DNA of 64,000 nucleotides, from assembly GCA_021613535.1 (NCBI GenBank), contig CP075494.1, positions 1,736,001-1,800,000 of the forward strand, read 5' to 3'. Source of the DNA: Adineta vaga. Taxonomy: Eukaryota > Animalia > Rotifera. Within the stretch, counting starts at the first letter, position 1; each line of letters starts with the position of its first letter. Position numbers and translations under genes: made by a program. The notes beneath the pieces were generated by a model. It had not been told where the DNA came from. It saw only the letters and a list, made by a program, of their open reading frames with translations, and did not search any database. Below are positions 1 through 12,157 of the stretch, in pieces.

Positions 1-3000
1 TTGATTGTTCATGTAATGGTCTCAATTGCTCACAAATTATATCAGATTTTTGTGATCCGAATATGTTTTATGCATATCCGCTACGTCCACTTATTCGTCC
101 TTATGTTGTAATATATTATGATGTGGATAACAATTTCAAAGAAAAAATACCATATTTATTTATAAGTGGAACTATAAGATGTCGAGGATATCATGGTTTA
201 ATCGAAGATTTAGTAGATTTTATACTGAATTTATACACATTAACAAATACTCGTTGGGATTATATACCATGTATAAATATGAATACGATTCGAAATTACA
301 GTTCAAGTATAAAATATGATAGTAATTGTTGGAATAATTCATTGACATTCAATGGTCGTCCTTATGCATTTCATGATGGACAAACCAATTGTGGAAGTCC
401 AGATAAGGAGATATATTCAACAAAAACTAAGCATTTTTGTACTCGAGTACGAAAACATCGATTTCAGTGTTCAACTGATCAGGAAACTTGTCTCTCTGTG
501 CCATCATTAGGAGATCAAAGTATTCAATGTTCAAATTATTACGATGAATATTTCTTTGGAAATTATGAATTATTATCGAAAAAAACTTGTGAAAAAAACA
601 ATCTAATTAATTGTCAAATTTTAAAAGAATATATACAAAATTCTACATGTATCTCTAATTATTCACATACAAATTATTTGCAAATGAAATCACTTCGTCA
701 AATTTCATTTCGTTTATATTGTAATAGTATTTGGGATCAACCAGAACATACTGATGAATTATCTGAATATTGTCAATATTGGATTTGTCGTCAAGATCAA
801 TATCAATGTCGAACAGGACAATGTATTCCATTAGATTGGGTATGTGATGGACAATGGGATTGTAATGAAATGTATTCAAATTTATCTTTTTCAAAATTTT
901 GTAAAATAGAAAAAGAATCTCCATGTTTACTTGCAAATGTTTCTGATCCATTAAATGTAGAAAAATATCATCCATGTATATCTTATACGAAAATTGGTGA
1001 TGAAATTGAAGATTGTTATAATGCCTATGATGAAAAAAATACGAAAAATAGACCATATGTTTCTATTTGGACTATGTGGGGATATACGTATCAATGTGGT
1101 AATATGATTAGAAATCATATGGAATCCTGTACAAATCATACGGATAGATTTACAAAAATATTTACTTCATTAGAATATTATCAAAATCAAAATTGTTCCA
1201 AATCTATTGATGTAATTTGTATTAATGATAATCGTTGTATTCCAAATGGACGATGTGATGGAAAACATGATTGTTTATATGGTGAAGACGAATATTGGTG
1301 TGCTCCAAAGAATTTTCTTGAACAATATATATATCGTGCAGAGAAGATGAATTCCAAGGATATACAACCAGTTTTAAATGGACAAATATATCCAATCTTA
1401 CATAATTCTTCCATATCATTACAAATCAAATCATTAAATTCAAAAACAAAGTTTAATAATATATCTTCTTCGACATTTCGGCAGACTTTCTATTGTCCAT
1501 CAGCTTATTATGGTTCAAAATGTCAATGGTTTAGTAATCGAATTACTATTAGTACTCATCTTGATCTTAATACATGAGATTTTTCAATAAAAATTATAAC
1601 ATTATTTAAAATAAAAGTTAATTTTCTTTTTAATGAATTTCTCATTGATACTTATGATGAATTTTATTCTAATCCATCAATTGACATTCATCAATATGTT
1701 AAACATAAATTTTATTTACTTTATTCACGATCAAATCAAATGTTATTTCATAAAATAGATAGATTTTTGAATCGAACTGATATTGAAATAAATCATCCTT
1801 ATTCTGTTCATTTTAATATTTATCAATTGTATAATAATGAAACTATTCCTATTCCATTAGGATCATGGCATTATCCAATATATTTTGATTTTTTACTTGC
1901 ATTTCGTTTAGCAACACCATTACGTTTTCCAAATCTTACTCATCATCCATGTCGAAATCATTCATGTCATCAAAATTCTATATGTCAACCTATTTTTAAC
2001 AAAAACAATACTTATTATTGTTCTTGTAAGAATGGTTTTTATGGTATAAATTGTTCAAAATATGATAATACATGTATTTCATATTGTTCTTCTTATGCAT
2101 TTTGTCATTCAAATTCTTATAAATTGATAACAAATACAAATCATCTAATTTGTATTTGTCCATTTGAACATTTTGATCCTCGTTGTTTTTTAAAATCAGA
2201 AATATGTCATAGAAATCCATGTTTAAATAATGGAAGTAGTATTCATACATATGAATCATATACGAATGATTCATTTCGATGTATTTGTTCACAATTTTTC
2301 TATGGTAATCGATGTGAAAATACAAAAACGCCTGTTTATGTTAAATTAAATACAAGTATGATGATGACAATACCACGTGCGACTGTTATTCAATTCTATG
2401 GTATTGATATACGTAAGTTAGAATTGATTCTTCGACATCAACAAGTAGTTTTAAAAATACCATCTTCAATATCTTATTTACATCATTTTACTATTTCACC
2501 TAGTCTTGGTATTTTAAAAATGTATTATGATTTAAATTTATCAAAATATTATATTATCTATATTCAATTGAATACATCAATTATAAATATATCATCATCG
2601 CTACCAAAAGAATGTCCATTAGCTTCTTCATTATTACAATTATCAACAAAAATACCTCATATTTTCAAATATCATCAAATATGTCAAAATAATTCGAATA
2701 ATTTTTGTTTTTTTGATTCTTATTATTTATGTATTTTGTCAAATAGATCATTATCATGTTGAATGTTTTCTTCATAATATTGAAATTGATCATTGTACAA
2801 AATGTATTTCACAAGGAAAATGTATTCGAGGTAATTTAAATAATGATAATGATTTTCTATGTCTTTGTCCACGATGTTATCATGGTCAATTATGTGAATT
2901 TAATAGTGAAGTATTTGGTTTTACATTTGAATCACTTCTTGTTGATTGTTCTCAACACATAAAAATAATTTATCTTTCATTTGTATTGTTATTATTTTTT

Positions 3001-3762
3001 ATTGGTTTATTCAATAATTTTTGTTCATTTATAACATTTAAACAATCAAGACCAAGAAAAATTGGAACTGGAAATTATTTATTTATAATAACATGTTTTA
3101 ATCAAATATCTTTATTATTTTTATTCATGAAATTTATTCAAATTAGTTTTCAAATAATAAATTATCATTCATGTCAAATGATTTCTTATTTTCTTTCGAT
3201 ATTTACACGAATAACTTATTAGTTAACAAGTTGGGTTACAATTGATCGATTTCTTATGATTTTATTTCCAACTTCTACTATTTTAAAAAAAGCATATGTA
3301 GCTATTCTAATAATTATTATTACTTTCTTATGTTTATGTATAATGCATATACATGAACTTATTTATTATACAACTATAAGACATCTTTCGACTAATTCAT
3401 TAATTTGTGTAACAAATTTTAATAATAATTTTATTACTATGTACAATCGTATATCAACTACAATTCATTATATTATACCATTTACAATTCAAATAATTGG
3501 TATTACATTTCTAATTATATTTGCTGCACGTAGTCGAAATAAAATTAATAATAAAAAATTAACTTTTCGTCAAGTATTAATTAAACAATTTTATATTCAA
3601 AAAGAACTTTATATTACACCAATTATTATTATTCTATCTGCTTTACCTCAATGTATTCTTGCTTTTAGTTTAACATGTAAAGAATTCAATATTTGGTATC
3701 GTCATATGTTAATTATTGCTTATATATTTTCATATATTCCACAAATACTTGGATTTATTCTC
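1..3762 (+). pseudogene. Intronless LDLa + EGF + rhodopsin-like 7TM receptor, disrupted (5' part; probably begins upstream of the window)
   Basis: ORFs 63-1577 (LDLa motifs CRQDQYQCRTGQCIPLDWVCDGQWDC, CDGKHDCLYGEDE), 1740-2762 (EGF repeats), 2713-3222 and 3256-3762 (hydrophobic TM helices, W-V-T-I-D-R after TM3) are colinear. They are separated by a stop at 1575, frameshifts near 1650 and 2730, and a TAG at 3220 where Trp is expected. The gene is interrupted at 3763 by a transposon. Confidence 0.85.
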
Positions 3763-4269
3763 GCACTAATCGACGATCTTGCCCTATTCTTTCCAGGTTC
3801 TTGTTTTTCTTGACTTTCAGACAAGATTCTTCTTCTATTCCTTCTGTACAAGATTCTTGCCTGAAAAATATGATCTTGCCTTTCTGGTACGGTTCTTGTA
3901 GACCGAATCTTGTCTGATGAGGCAAGAAAATTTTTTCAGACAAGATTCTTGCTTTCTTGCTTTCTTGTCTGATTCTTTTTTTTCTTGACTTCTTGCCTGA
4001 TTCTTGCTTTTCTTGATTTTCTTGTCTGATTCTTATTTTTTAGTTTTCTTGCCAGTTTCTGATTTCTTAGGATTCTTGACTGATTCTTGTCATATTAAAA
4101 ATGCTTTTCCTACTTTAATAATACTTCTTTCATATTGCTTTATTATAAGCTTTATACAACACGTACAAAAAAGTAAAAGGACAAAAAAATACTTTAAGTT
4201 TCACGCATTCATGAAGTGGTTTCAGTTTTTAGTACAAAAAAACAACATAAAGAAGATACTAATCTTTTT

Positions 4270-5761
4270 TTAAATTTTATCATCATTGTGAACGTCGGGA
4301 ATTTGTTGATTTGCTGTTGAATTTCGCTTTGATGATTGAGTTGGTGTTTGCTTTTTATTGTCGTGTTTCATTTGCTGTAACGAATTTTTTATTGCTTGAC
4401 TATTTGCGAAGGCAGTTGCTGGATGAAGTCCATGAACGTATGCTAAATAACCTTAAAAACAAAGAAAATCTAAATATTGAAATTAACCAAATTTGGAAAT
4501 GTATCTTACCTAATAAAATGTCAAATTCACCTGGTTGTAGATCGTTAAAAGATGCCATGTCACCATATGCAGCGCGTACTAAAGCTCGAGCAGTCGCATT
4601 TAATGATGCACCACGTTGAACATGCGACACATCAATTCCATTCAATTCCTTTGAGTAGAAAAAAAGATCGATGAACAATATTTTTATTCTGTGAGATTGA
4701 GAATTCTCTTTATAAAACAGAACTAACACAGTCGTGAATACTCTGATTTGATTTTTGTACTTACGATAGAAAGATTTTCTTCGTCACTTTGTTGTCGAGC
4801 TTGTAGTACTTTTGATTGCTAAAAGGATAAGAAAATATCGGTATTGATTTAATTGATATTCATCATTACCAAATGTATCGTATGAGATAAATGTTGAGTA
4901 GCTTTTTGTAATTCACGTGGAAAATTAGCTAATTCACGAGTTAAATTTGTTTGTTCAGTTAATATTTTCAATACTTCTTTTGTTAACTGATTTGTTTCTT
5001 CACATAATTTCACAATGGGTTTGATGATTTGGGTTAATCCTAAAACTTAAATAGTAAATATAATCATGTAAAAAGATCCTATTTAAATTTTAATAACCAT
5101 TTTGTGATGCTTCTGAAATCGATTTTACACCAGCAGCTGTACTTCTTGAAGAAGACGTACTTATACCAATAGCAACATTTTCTATTATTTTAAATCAAGA
5201 TAAAAACGTTTGATATATACAAATAAATTATATAAGCTTACCCATCAGCGATGCTGCTGTATTTTGAAGAGTAGAATCAAATCGTCGTCGAACAGGTGGA
5301 GCAGATAAAGGTGGATTGGATTGAGCAGGATATGTTCGACGTCGTTTAGCTGGTGAACCTACAAATGAAATTTTTGATTTTGAAAATACTACATTTTTAC
5401 TTACCTATAGCAACAACAGATGATGCACAATTATTTTGATTATTTGTACTTGCATGGATTCTTGTAGATGATGGATCATTAGAAGATCGATGATTATCAA
5501 CTGTTGGATTACGTTGAGTAGATAGTAATGGACCATCTAAAAGAAAATGCATGGCTTACTTCAGAAAATAATTTCACAATCATATATCGTTGACAACACT
5601 TGTGGAAACATTTACTTACGAGAATTAACATCATCAGCTGAATATGAAACTGGTGACAAATGTACAGGTTGTAATTCGTGATATGAGGAATGTCCATACT
5701 CTTGAGATAAATTTCGTTGTGTATCATCAGCATTATTGATCGTCGAAAAATATTGATACAT
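4270..5761 (-). CDS. Second CACTA gene (TnpA-like accessory protein), about 8 short exons
   Basis: Spliced frame MYQYFSTINNADDTQ.../HGPLLSTQ.../SPAKRRRT.../LTQIIKPIVKLCEETNQLTKEV (coiled-coil-like)/...ARALVRAAYGD...DILL/GYLAYVHG...DDKI*, with GT-AG introns of about 55-100 nt. Some exon junctions were not verified. Confidence 0.65.
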
Positions 5762-5859
5762 AATAGAAATAAATCTGAAAAAAGTCAAACATTAATCATA
5801 GCAAAAAAAGATATTTCAACAATATTTCAAATAGGACAAAAAAAACCAACATCACCAAG

Positions 5860-8706
5860 TTAGTCTTGGTCTAAATCATAAAAAATTTCCGATAATAATA
5901 TATAATCACGTATTTGTATAGCAATACACTTGTGTAGTACTGAAGAAAAAGGAACAGAAATGAACTTTTTCGTAGAAAGATTACATTTGTTATAGTACTT
6001 ATCAAGAAACTTAATTACTGAAGGAGAAAACGACCACTTTTTACATAATCACTTAAAGAAAAATAATTTTTCACAATATCGTACATGTTCAAGAAGGCGT
6101 AAGATTTACCAAATAATTCAAAGAAGAAAACTATCTGCCCAAAAGATTTGTTATTACTATCGTCATGAAATGATACTATGAAACTTTGTGTATTACCACG
6201 TCGTTTATAAGATAAGGAATGATATTCAGATATTCCTCTACATGCTCGACAAAAGAAGCGTAAACTAGGCTCATTCGATGAAGTAATCATATTTTTCACT
6301 GAATCAAAAAATTGCGAACTATAATTCGAAACATACTCTCTATCTAGGTAATTATCAATGATCAATTTCTCATCTAGAAAAATATTACTAATAGATAATG
6401 TTTCTTTCTTAAGTGTACAGCGAAACTTCTCTAGTGAGCTACAAATCTGGCGTGCTAACGATCTATTACCTGAACGTAAAGATCGAAGAAATCGTACAAA
6501 ACTTTCGTTAGGAAAACAATTATGAAAACAAAATGCGCCATGATTGATTACCTTTTCTACTAAATGTAAATGTGCATGTGACGAATATAGATAGAAAGCA
6601 TTACCATAAATATGTCGAGCATGTTCACAATAGATTTTAATCAACGGTTCGACTTCAAGAACTTCTTGAAGATCATGATAGAAATACAACGTCCGAAGAA
6701 AAACAAAATATAAGGAAAAATGCGACGAAATATTCTCTGGAAAAAAAGAAAAAACAAATGGAAACATAACATATAAGAAAAATGCACGATAATCATGGGC
6801 CTTCCAATACGTTCTATCTGACAACGAATGCAACTCAACATTGAAATTGTGAGGCCATTTTATTTTCTTTAAAAAATCATTACCTGATGACCAACTGTGT
6901 TTAACGATGATTTTTTCCCATTTGGATAATAAGAAATTACAATGTCCAATAAAACATAAATGCATTATGTCAATATCAATTTGATCCGGAATATCCAATA
7001 CTTTTCTCAGTGGACTAATACCTTTTACACCACAGTAATTATCACGAGATAATTGTTGATTAACTTGTTGAGCACATGAATCAAAATGAGTTGATGAATG
7101 ATTATTCATTTCATGTGGAATATATGGATATATAACGATTCGACCTTCTTCATACCAAATTCCTTGTTGGTCACATTCAAGACAAGCATAATATCCATTA
7201 TGGTTGACATGTTTTGTAGCTAATGCACGAGCTGGTAAATCGGCTTTAAATAATAACACATCAATTGTAAACTTGATACTATCAACAATGATCGTTTGCT
7301 TAATTGTATCACAAATATCTTGTAGTAACGAATTTGCATCTGGTTTCAGCGAGCTATTCCTAAAGATGAGAAAAACCATACTTTAAATTAATATTTGTCC
7401 GAGCATGTTTGTCACAAGAATAACGAAACATATGATGAAAATATAAAAATCCTACACTCGAGAGAGTGGAGAAATAGTGGTTTAATTGAAAATAAAATCA
7501 TACGTACCATAAAGACAGCAAAATCATGTTTAATTTGTTCTCTCTAAGTGGTGGTGGAATTTCAGCTATTGATGCCGTTACTAACCATGTGTGCTTCTTG
7601 GTCCAATGAACTAATGGGAAACCATCGATGTGTATCATTAAGGTGATAGGATGTGTTCCATTTGATGACTTCAAATTTTGACCTTCTCTTGATAAATTAA
7701 ACCAGAAATAACATCACATGGAAATAGATTATTTACAACTTGTGGATAATGCAATATTGAATGGATATTTCGATGAATAACTTCAATCAATTGTTCATAT
7801 GAACGATTAACAATTACATGTTCTACAATATCATCGACTCGCCGGTCACATTTGTTTTGTTTACAAATAATGGAACAAGAATTCGTTTTATCAATTATTC
7901 CTAAACAATACTTGCATTTAAGAGTTTGAGTAAATGTTGACGTCGTTTCAAAGACAGATAATAACTTTTTATAGGATCGTATTAACTTATTATCGATCGG
8001 TAATGCGTTCCCAATTAAGTTCAATAGTTTATTCATATTCGAATCACTTAATTTCATTGAATTACCAAAATCCAATATTTGTGCATGATAAGATTTAAAT
8101 GTAACAGGTGCTCCAGGATATAAGAGTTCATCTTGTTGAACAATCATTTCTAAAAAGAAAAAGAAGTTACAATCACTTTTTTTTTAATATTTAAGTGAAA
8201 AATGAAACAATAAATTATTATATCTTACCATTTGATTGAACCGAATTCGAGTTAAAATCAAAACTATGGTTATGTTCGTCGTCATCAAGTTCATACTCAT
8301 CAGCTAGAATATCATCATTAAATGCACCACCAGCACATGCGATATCAACAAGAGTATCTTCCATAAGTATATCATGAACATTTTCACAATTTTCTTCAAT
8401 ATCAGGTGAAATTCGATGATAATCATTCTAAAAAAACTAAAATTTGCTAATTTAATGTGGTAATAATAAAATAAATCATATACAATTTGTCCAACTGGTA
8501 AACGATGTAAATACAATTGAGCATGGTGGTTTTGATTTTTCTTCTTAGCACGCCATCGACGTTGTTTATCTGTATGTGGTGATGGTTCTAAACAAAATGA
8601 TACGTGATTGAAGAAAAAGGACATAGAATCGATATTAGATTTTACCTATACCAAGAGTATTATCAAACGATATATTTTCAAACGATTCACCGTTTTCTTC
8701 TTCCAT
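5860..8706 (-). pseudogene. EnSpm/CMC-type DDE transposase (multi-exon, two apparent frameshifts)
   Basis: ATG at 8706 (MEEENGES), short introns, then LYPGAP..CKYC..CSIIC, HIDGFP (about 7625), KADLPARA..NHNGYYACLEC, DIMH, WKAHDYR, FPNESF. Frame changes near 7675 and 6030; the likely true end is ...YDLDQD* at 5860. Confidence 0.85.
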
Positions 8707-9459
8707 CAAATGAAATACTTTTATCGATATTGAAAAAATCTAGAAAGAATAGAAAAGAGATCGAAGAATTCAAAAAATATCGAAATGTGTTCAATAAGAA
8801 TTGTTTTTCGAAAACAATGGAAAAATGGATATTATGTATTCCATTGTTTTCTTGCTAAGACGTAAACTTTTACAATCTGCCATTAAAATAATAACTTACT
8901 AGATGTCGTTTGAATTAAATGAAAGTTTTAAGAAAGTAAATAATGGACATGAACTCGTATGTTATTGAATCACTCCAATAATGATTACGAACAAATAATG
9001 TTTTATTTATCGATTTACACAGACATATATATTCTATACAAAGATCACATCACGTGCTGTTGATCTTGAAAAGCTGGCCAGATTCTTCTTTCTTTCTCAT
9101 TACAAGAATCTTGTCTGAAAACTAAGAAAATAAAAATATCTTGTGTATCTTTCCAGTTTCTTATATTTCAGGATATTCAGTCAAGATTCTTTATATCTTG
9201 AACTTCAGTCAAGATTCTTTTGGAAAGGAAAGAAAAAGATTCTTGTCTGAACATTAACGTTATCTTGAACTTCTTATAATTCTTGCCTGATTCTTACGTA
9301 TCTGATTAATCGGACAAGATTCTTGTATTCTTGAAAATCATGTAAGATTCTTTTTACTTTCCTGTCGTAAAGAATCTTGTCTGAACACAAGAATCTTGTA
9401 TGAAAACTAAGAAAAACAAGAACCTGGAAAGAATAGGGCAAGATCGTCGATTAGTGATC

Positions 9460-9561
9460 TATGTATTACCATCAACGAATTATAAAAAAGAATTTACAAA
9501 AACATTTATTGGTGAAAGATTAAATCAATGGATATTTAATAAAAAAATAAGAGAAAAATGA
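9460..9561 (+). pseudogene. Displaced C-terminus of the LDLa-EGF-7TM receptor
   Basis: Removing 3763-9457 and one TC copy restores ...PQILGFIL|YVLPSTNYKKEFTKTFIGERLNQWIFNKKIREK* in frame (TM7/helix 8-like). Confidence 0.9.
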
Positions 9562-9887
9562 ATGAATCTATTTACTAATTCTTGTAAAATACTATTCGAA
9601 GAGGGTGGGTGTGGGTGTCAGAGTTTTGTTATTCTCTCCACTCATCATCGTTCATAAAGTTGAAAAAGAATTAGAAAAACAAAATAAGTTTCACTGCTCA
9701 GCAACTTCATTTTCTATTTTTCTTGTCCTTTTAGATTATATTGTTCGTTTAGTTTGTACAGATGTCTATACGAAAGTATGTATTCCTTTAATAAAAGATG
9801 ATGAAAAACGTATTGTTCTTAGTTATTGAGAATATGGTTGAGGTTTAGCAGAATATTTATCCACATAAGTTGATGATGATAAAAGAT

Positions 9888-9964
9888 TCTTGAGGGTGTG
9901 GGTGTGGGTGAGGATGGGTAATACTCTTGTTTTCACCCTCACCCACCCACCCACACCCTCAAGA
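9888..9964. repeat. Short hairpin element with telomere-like GGGTGT arms
   Basis: TCTTGAGGGTGTGGGT...ACCCACACCCTCAAGA, a 16 bp perfect inverted repeat. Related copies near 15681, 20435, 34575 and 57407. Confidence 0.75.
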
Positions 9965-10465
9965 TGCACGCTTTAGTACGTTAAATATTGAAGAATTGAA
10001 TAAAGATGATGATGATGATCAGTTAGATCTGGATCATAATGTTCCATCTGAAGATATGCCATAGTTTTGTTTACATCATTTTTTCTACAAATAACGTCCT
10101 GTTGAATATCTGAAGATTGTACTTTTGTCGTAACTATAACTTCGTGTTTATATAGTTTTCTTCTTGGTTTGATTCTATATTTGTTAACTAGAAATTGAAA
10201 ATAAATATTTGGTTTGAATTGAAATATTAGATTGTAAATAAATTTTTTAAATGCATTCTAATGCATTATCTGTAAGAAATGTTCTAATGTTAACTATTCA
10301 TTATATTTTAATAGTTTTGTACTGACTAACACGATCTTCACATGCTTCATTGATTATATATTTTGATGTTCGATAATATTTTCGATTTGTTAAAAGAAAT
10401 ATATGAATATATAATATAAATCTGCTTTTTTGTGTCAAAAAATGACATTAAAATAGACCATTATA

Positions 10466-10605
10466 CCCAGGTCGACAAATCCGATATTGGATCCGATAGG
10501 ACCCTTCAGGATCCGCAACCGACGGAATCCGATAGGATATTGTCGGATCATCGGATTCCAATGGAATCCGGCATGAGATCCGCGTATCGGATTGGTTGAC
10601 CTGGG
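10466..10605. mobile_element. MITE, 140 bp, flanked by TA
   Basis: TA|CCCAGGTCGACAAATCCGATA...TATCGGATTGGTTGACCTGGG|TA, with internal ATCCG/CGGAT repeats. Confidence 0.8.
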
Positions 10606-11340
10606 TATTAACCCAGACCATATGTTATCATTTGCTAAAAGGGTTCCTTTACATTTATCTCATTTAACACATAGATGAAATTCTTTATCTTTTTTTCACT
10701 GAAATATATAACACCGGCTATGAAACAAATATTAATAAATAACACGAAAAGATTTCTTCTACTCAGTACTTCCACCCAAAACCCCTGGTTTCGATCGACG
10801 ACCCCTTCTCCTGTTGAAACCACTACGATCCGATACGGAATTAAATTCTGCATCCATCACAACCAACTAGAAATCCATCACAGATCCCTAAATGAATGTC
10901 AGCAGGAAAAGGTCGAATCTGCTGCTAACTTTCATTACGTCTGATCGCGCGAAGTTTTGCTTTGTTTGGAAACAAAAAATAAACAATATAAACAAGCTTT
11001 TCTTTCTAGATTGTAGAAATTTTGACTTCACATCTTGATCCATTCTTTCGATTGTATTTGATTGAACTTGAAATAAATATTTCAAATGGATCATATTTTT
11101 TTCTCATTTGTTGTTCAATCCACGATTCATTTCGTACAGTTAACATACGACTTTGAAATCAATCTTGAGTCCAAATTAAACCATCCATATCAGATTCTGT
11201 TACAATATGTGTAGCAAATAAATCAAAGAATTTACGAAATTTTATAACATTATTAACATCTAATGGATAGAATAATTTAGGTAATGTGTGAATGTGGTTG
11301 TTGATATCTTTCTTCTTTACTCACACCCACTGACACCCTG

Positions 11341-11655
11341 ATGATTCTACTAGGATCGATCACATTCAGTTTGGATTTGATGATCGCTTTTCGAAGCCCA
11401 TGTATATCGTTAGTCGATAGGATACCAGAGCATATTCTTGTTCTCACTGTTTGGCTAAGCACATTTCTACTTCTTGGTTATCCTCGAATCATCATTGCCA
11501 ATTATGTTCGTGCTCGTTCGCCTAATGCAGTGTTTTGGTTCGGTGCTACTGTCCAGTTAGGTTCGTTGATTAGTTCTATTTTTGCTTATCTGTTTATTGA
11601 AACATTCGCATTATTTAAAGAACAACTGCCCTGTCACCAAATTCAAGGTTCATAA
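11341..11655 (+). pseudogene. C-terminal fragment of a multi-pass transporter, probably riboflavin transporter (SLC52-like)
   Basis: Three hydrophobic segments, motif FWFGATVQLGSLISSI, ending in ...LPC. No upstream exons visible. Confidence 0.5.
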
Positions 11656-12157
11656 TTTTACAATTTTAAATTTTCTTCTAATGCGTATGCATTCCTTTTA
11701 GTTCTGTAGTTGAAATAAATCTGAAAAAAATTAATTTCCTGTCTGAAGTAACATATCTCATATCTAACTCTCTTCCTCAGAGAGAAAATACTGTTTTGTA
11801 TGATTAAAATTTAAGTATTTGTTACTAACTTATTATCATTTAGGAAAGGAAGTGTTGCAATTGCGTTGATAAGTTTTTCTTCTAATGGAAAAGAACTATC
11901 TTTTAATGAGAAGAAAAAAACGTTTTTCAAGTATGAGTTCGTGTGGTATATATGTTTGCTGTTACTTCAATTTTTCATTTCATTGTAAAACGATCGATGA
12001 CTTGTTATAATTATTTTTTTTGTAAAATATTGAAAATTACCTATCCCTTCGCAAATGAGTTACCAATTTTGGTTCCTGATGATGTTTTCAATAGTGTAAG
12101 TAGTGCATTGTGCTACAGATACAGTCATTCGATTATGTATTACCATTTAGATTTACG

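Larger units (their letters stand above)
3763..9457 (-). mobile_element. Full-length CACTA/EnSpm (CMC) DNA transposon, ~5.7 kb
   Basis: A ~48 bp TIR CACTAATCGACGATCTTGCCCTATTCTTTCCAGGTTCTTGTTTTTCTT starts at 3764 and its reverse complement ends at 9456. TC duplication at 3761-62 and 9458-59. Many subterminal CAAGATTCTT/TTCTTGTCTGA repeats at both ends. Confidence 0.93.

Noticed and set aside
655-2325. Minus-strand ORFs 655-1056, 1187-1429 and 1996-2325
   Set aside because: Antisense shadows of the receptor gene in AT-rich sequence.
5775-8229. In-frame alternative splicing of transposase exon 3 onto the accessory gene
   Set aside because: The phase-1 donor at about 8229 would enter the 5775 exon in the frame that does not continue through the downstream exons.
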